From NCBI GenBank assembly GCA_965206595.1, contig OZ242214.1:4000001-4064000 (forward strand): DNA of 64,000 bases, given 5' to 3'. Source of the DNA: Candidatus Latescibacterota bacterium (GTDB taxonomy: Bacteria > Latescibacterota > UBA2968 > UBA8231). Both the position numbers and the translations under genes were made by a program. This document shows positions 60,354 to 64,000 of the stretch, in pieces. The notes under the pieces are model-generated. The model had not been told where the DNA came from. It saw only the letters and a list, made by a program, of their open reading frames with translations, and ran no database searches. Within the stretch, counting starts at the first letter, position 1. Every line of letters begins with the position of its first letter.

Positions 60354-61470
60354 ATGAAGTCGGAGGAATTCGAAGCCGGAGTCTGGATCGAGCGGCTCGC
60401 GCGAGCGCTTCCCGGGTTGTCAAAGACTCAGGGGCCGTTCCTGAAGGAATATTGGCAGCAAAATCCGCGCGTGAATGTCGTGGTCGACGGGCGGGACGAG
60501 ACGCCGTTTCCATTAGACGATCTGCGAATGCTCTATGCCCAGGCCGCTCACGGCTTCGGCGAGCATGCGTACTACGCGCCGCTGCGGGCGGGGATGGACC
60601 CGGTTCGCACCCTCCTGCGATCGCATCCCACGCTGTGGGGCGCCGTGGGTCCCCGCATCGACAACGACGATTTTTGGGTGCAGATCCATGGTCATGGCAG
60701 CCTGACGTCGCTCACGGACCTGATCGGGGGGCTGATGGCGCGCGCGGACGAACTGCCGGGGGACGGTTTCCACGAAGCCGCAGGAGAGTTACACGCCTTG
60801 CTCCACTCTGCCAGTGGCGGTAACTCCTCGGCTGAGCCGGGCGGTCTCGACATCGGATACGATGTGGTGCTGTTCCATGGCCTGTGCCTGGAAGAGGAAA
60901 TCGACATAGGAGGCGGGCTCACGATGCTGCCGTTCGAGCGGGCGCGGGCCTTCGTGGACGAAGAGGTGCTGAAGGACATGGCGCCGGACGTCGTCAGGTT
61001 TCGGGATTGGCGGCTGGTCGGGGCGGTGGTGAGGCCGTTCCAGTGGAGGCCGGTGTTCCGCCGGAGGGGCGACCTGACGGAGACGGATGCGGAACCGCCC
61101 GGACCGTTCGGGCCGGATGCGCTGGAGTTTCTGGAATTGCTGGCTGTGTCGCACCGAGTGCCGATCGTGTGTTTGGCGGTGGTTCGGGAGTGTCTGAGCC
61201 GGTCCGCTTGCCGGCTGCTCGGACAGGCGCACAATCACGGAGGGGTGCAATGGGGCCGTCCGGTCCATCGGTTCCATCCCTTTGCAAAACCCCCCGGGCC
61301 TCGGTCAGAGGTGGTCGCGGAAGCGAAAACGGCGTATGGCGAACGGAAGAGCCAGCGTTACGGGAAGCTGGCGCCGGTTGTGGCGCGGCTCGCCGAAGCG
61401 CTTGCGAGGGACGGACGGTTTTCGGCGGAAGACAAGATCCTGGACGTCGCCATCGCACTGGCCAGGCACT
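60354..61470 (+). pseudogene. ApeA/HEPN-like protein lacking its C-terminus
   Basis: Ends RLAEALAR...EDKILDVAIAL, then continues as low-quality sequence that reads through into the next gene. Confidence 0.5.
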
Positions 61471-61583
61471 CGGGAGCCGGGACCATTGGATCGAGCTCGT
61501 GGACCGCGAACAGCGAGAGGTCACGGCCGAAGACTTGGAACGCTGGGAGCATGAGGCGCCGCAGGCGTTCGAGTGGGGGTGAC

Positions 61584-62552
61584 ATGAACGTGAGACGCAA
61601 TGATGAATACCTGAGAGAGGCGGTCGCGGCGGCGGCGCGTGCTCGGGACGCGATGAAGCCGGTCTTTGACTTATGCCAGGGACTGCGACAGGCGATGCAG
61701 CCCTTTGCCGATCTGCAAGAGCAGATCGTGAAGATTCAGGCGCAAATCCGGAAATCGCACGAGCAGAACCTGGCGGTGGTGCGGGAAATCCAGGGCCATG
61801 CGCGGTTTACGAGCGCCGTTGCAAAGCTCGATCTTGGACCGTTGAAGGCCGTGGCGGAACAACTGGCAAATGATGTCCGCAGGGCGCAGGCGTTCGACAC
61901 AGCGGGATGGCTCCCCCACCACAGCACGCCGCTCGATCAGGTGGAGAAATGCGCTGGCGATAGCGACACGATTCACGCGCTTCTGTCCAGCTACTACAAG
62001 GAGCGGTGGCGCGAAGTGCGCCAGAACATTGAGACGCGGCTGACCGAGTACGGGCTGGACGAAGAAGCGAAGGAAACGTTTGGCGAGGCGCTAACGGCTC
62101 ACGAGACTGGTCTCTATCGCAGTGTCTGTCGCCTCTTGTTTCCGGAGATCGAGCGGGTTGCCCGCAAGGAACTGCACGGCGACAAGATGGAACGGATAAC
62201 CAGCCAGCATGTGCTGCGTAAGGTTGCGGGCTGCATCCCCATATCAGCGATGGAGCCCGGAGGCTTCCTCGGACTGAACCTGTTCGACCGGCTGTCGAAT
62301 CATCTCTACGAAACGGCGTACGACGAAGACGCCAGGCAACGTCTCGCGAGGGATCCGGTACCGAACCGGCATGCCGTAGTGCACGGTCTGGTAGTGTATT
62401 CGTCGATGCAGAACAGTCTGAACGCCATCTTCATGACGGATTACATCTTTCTGGTTATCAGCTTGTTGAAGGTGCTGGAGGACCCGCCGCGGAAAGCCAG
62501 GAAGGAGAGCGGGCGCGAGCCCGGTGAACCCGGGCTCCGATCGGAAGGGTAG
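61584..62552 (+). CDS. Helical protein with C-terminal HEPN-like RxxxxH motif
   Basis: GGGGGT RBS before ATG 61584; EAL.AH..GLY...LL.PEIE and PNRHAVVHG. Confidence 0.65.
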   Translation: MNVRRNDEYLREAVAAAARARDAMKPVFDLCQGLRQAMQPFADLQEQIVKIQAQIRKSHEQNLAVVREIQGHARFTSAVAKLDLGPLKAVAEQLANDVRRAQAFDTAGWLPHHSTPLDQVEKCAGDSDTIHALLSSYYKERWREVRQNIETRLTEYGLDEEAKETFGEALTAHETGLYRSVCRLLFPEIERVARKELHGDKMERITSQHVLRKVAGCIPISAMEPGGFLGLNLFDRLSNHLYETAYDEDARQRLARDPVPNRHAVVHGLVVYSSMQNSLNAIFMTDYIFLVISLLKVLEDPPRKARKESGREPGEPGLRSEG

Positions 62553-62760
62553 AGGACAGCGGCTTCGCCTACTGGACACCGACGTCAGGACGGACATTCC
62601 TTGCGTTCGACGCCGCCAAGTGGGAATTCGGGAGCTTCCCAGGGCCTCAAGCTGACAGGTTGAACATGCCTGTAGCGAAATCGGCTGGGTCAATCAACGT
62701 CGCATGGCCTTGCCGTGGGGTGAGGCGCGCACCTGAACTTCCTAACTCGCGGGTCCCTTC

Positions 62761-63528
62761 GTGCCGATAACGACCACCTCTGACCTCAGTCAGGTTTCCT
62801 TTGACTCGGACACCATGCAGGTCCTTTCGGTGTCCGGCAGTGACAAGGATTTCGTGTTCCCTCTGATCCAGGGACCGATCAACTTCTCGGTCGTGCGATC
62901 CGATGGCTTGGTTTCAAACCGTTGGGGAGTCACCATCAACCAAAAAAAAGGCGACGCGTACGTCTATAGTCGCGACGTTCCAGATGCCGAAAAAGTCAGT
63001 CTGCACGCGTCGGGACGGCAGCACATCTCCATCACGAGTGAAACGGCGAAACGCACAGGGGCTGATTATCGGTTCGGGCCCGTCTGGACCGAGCCGCAGT
63101 TTGACACGGAAGCCGTAGCCACCTTCACCCTCGTATTTCCGCCCTGGGGTGTTGGCCGAGATGCATCGGAAACCCCTGTGAATCCGAGCAAGGATGAACT
63201 GCTAATCATCGGTCACAAGGAGAAGCTTGTGCTTGTGAGTTTCTTCATCGTTGACGCCGGACGAAATATGCGAGGACGAATCCCTCACTTCGCCCTTGCG
63301 CAACTGTCGATCAGAGAAGGCAAGACGCTCCACATGATCGCGTGGAAAGAGCCGCAAAATGGCTTGATGGATCGGGTACGTGCGACGTTCCCCCAGATCT
63401 CCAGCACGTTTTCCCAACGAGGGCACGGGGAGGACGACTACACCTTGTGCCTGTCCGGGTTTCGGGCACCCAACTCCGCCTACATGGTGGTGGTACCTGT
63501 CAAATACACGGCGTCAGCACCCGAATGA
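62761..63528 (+). CDS. Hypothetical protein (start uncertain)
   Basis: 255-aa ORF of natural composition with KVSLHASG motif; family not recognised. Confidence 0.65.
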   Translation: MPITTTSDLSQVSFDSDTMQVLSVSGSDKDFVFPLIQGPINFSVVRSDGLVSNRWGVTINQKKGDAYVYSRDVPDAEKVSLHASGRQHISITSETAKRTGADYRFGPVWTEPQFDTEAVATFTLVFPPWGVGRDASETPVNPSKDELLIIGHKEKLVLVSFFIVDAGRNMRGRIPHFALAQLSIREGKTLHMIAWKEPQNGLMDRVRATFPQISSTFSQRGHGEDDYTLCLSGFRAPNSAYMVVVPVKYTASAPE

Positions 63529-63628
63529 TCTTACGATGGCTGGTCACTTGCTGAAATCAAGTCCGACCTAGGCTTGAATCTCTGCCATCGTCCCAGCCGC
63601 CCGCCGCCGAGTTCCGCCATCCGCGACC

Positions 63629-64000
63629 TCACTCCAAGTGCATCGACGTGTGGCTCTTGATGGCCGCGCAGACGTCCGGTCGCCGGACCCTCAACACTTC
63701 GTCGAAGACTTCCTGGACGAAAGGGGCGACCCAGTATTGCGAGTCCTCTTCGGGCGTCATGCCGCATTCTAGGTAGTCCACGTAGTCTCTGGACATCATG
63801 TAATGCCCGTTCATGAAGAACACGCACGCCAGATGCAGCACGAAGAGGTCCGCGACATCGCTTTCGATCCTGTCCAGAACGGGATGCCTGTCTACGTAGA
63901 CGTCCTTGTCGTTCAGCAGCACGAACTGGAAGTCGTTGAAGTGCATGTGGCCGTTGGACCGGTCGCGTATGCCCTTGTACCGGTCGTCGCTCTTCAGCAG
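63629..64000 (-). CDS. Hypothetical protein, C-terminal part (partial at window edge)
   Basis: Open frame to the edge ending ..DYLECGMTPEEDSQYWVAPFVQEVFD..HTSMHLE*. Confidence 0.65.
   Translation of the reverse strand: MLKSDDRYKGIRDRSNGHMHFNDFQFVLLNDKDVYVDRHPVLDRIESDVADLFVLHLACVFFMNGHYMMSRDYVDYLECGMTPEEDSQYWVAPFVQEVFDEVLRVRRPDVCAAIKSHTSMHLE

Overview
High-GC bacterial window. The LRR/YWTD protein with a FlgD-Ig-like tail and the sialidase/propeller proteins suggest a Latescibacterota/Gemmatimonadota/Poribacteria-type organism, but that is inference only. Bases 1-14.4 kb hold an ABC transporter end, an outer-membrane protein, an IS1380 joining two broken genes, three carbohydrate-enzyme-like genes and katG. 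From about 14.9 kb to the end the window is a dense defence island. It contains (i) a five-gene GASH / two TRAFAC GTPases / GAP1-N1-EAD1 / caspase-EAD1 conflict system, (ii) a type I R-M system with an Abi_C-like gene between hsdS and hsdR, (iii) a damaged Hachiman-like helicase pair, (iv) a low-GC DUF2971 gene, and (v) a ~23.5 kb minus-strand operon. The operon scaffold is XRE-HTH-SNF2-DUF3883 helicase, DUF1156 methylase and DUF499 ATPase. Its gaps hold a SPARTA (TIR-APAZ plus short Argonaute) module, four ABC-ATPase modules, TA-like pairs and an AAA-nuclease. At least six co-oriented relics of an IS91/ISCR-like 3' end/oriIS sit at cassette boundaries, and the DUF499 3' end is present three times. 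All family assignments were made by eye from motifs and recalled family knowledge; no database searches were run.
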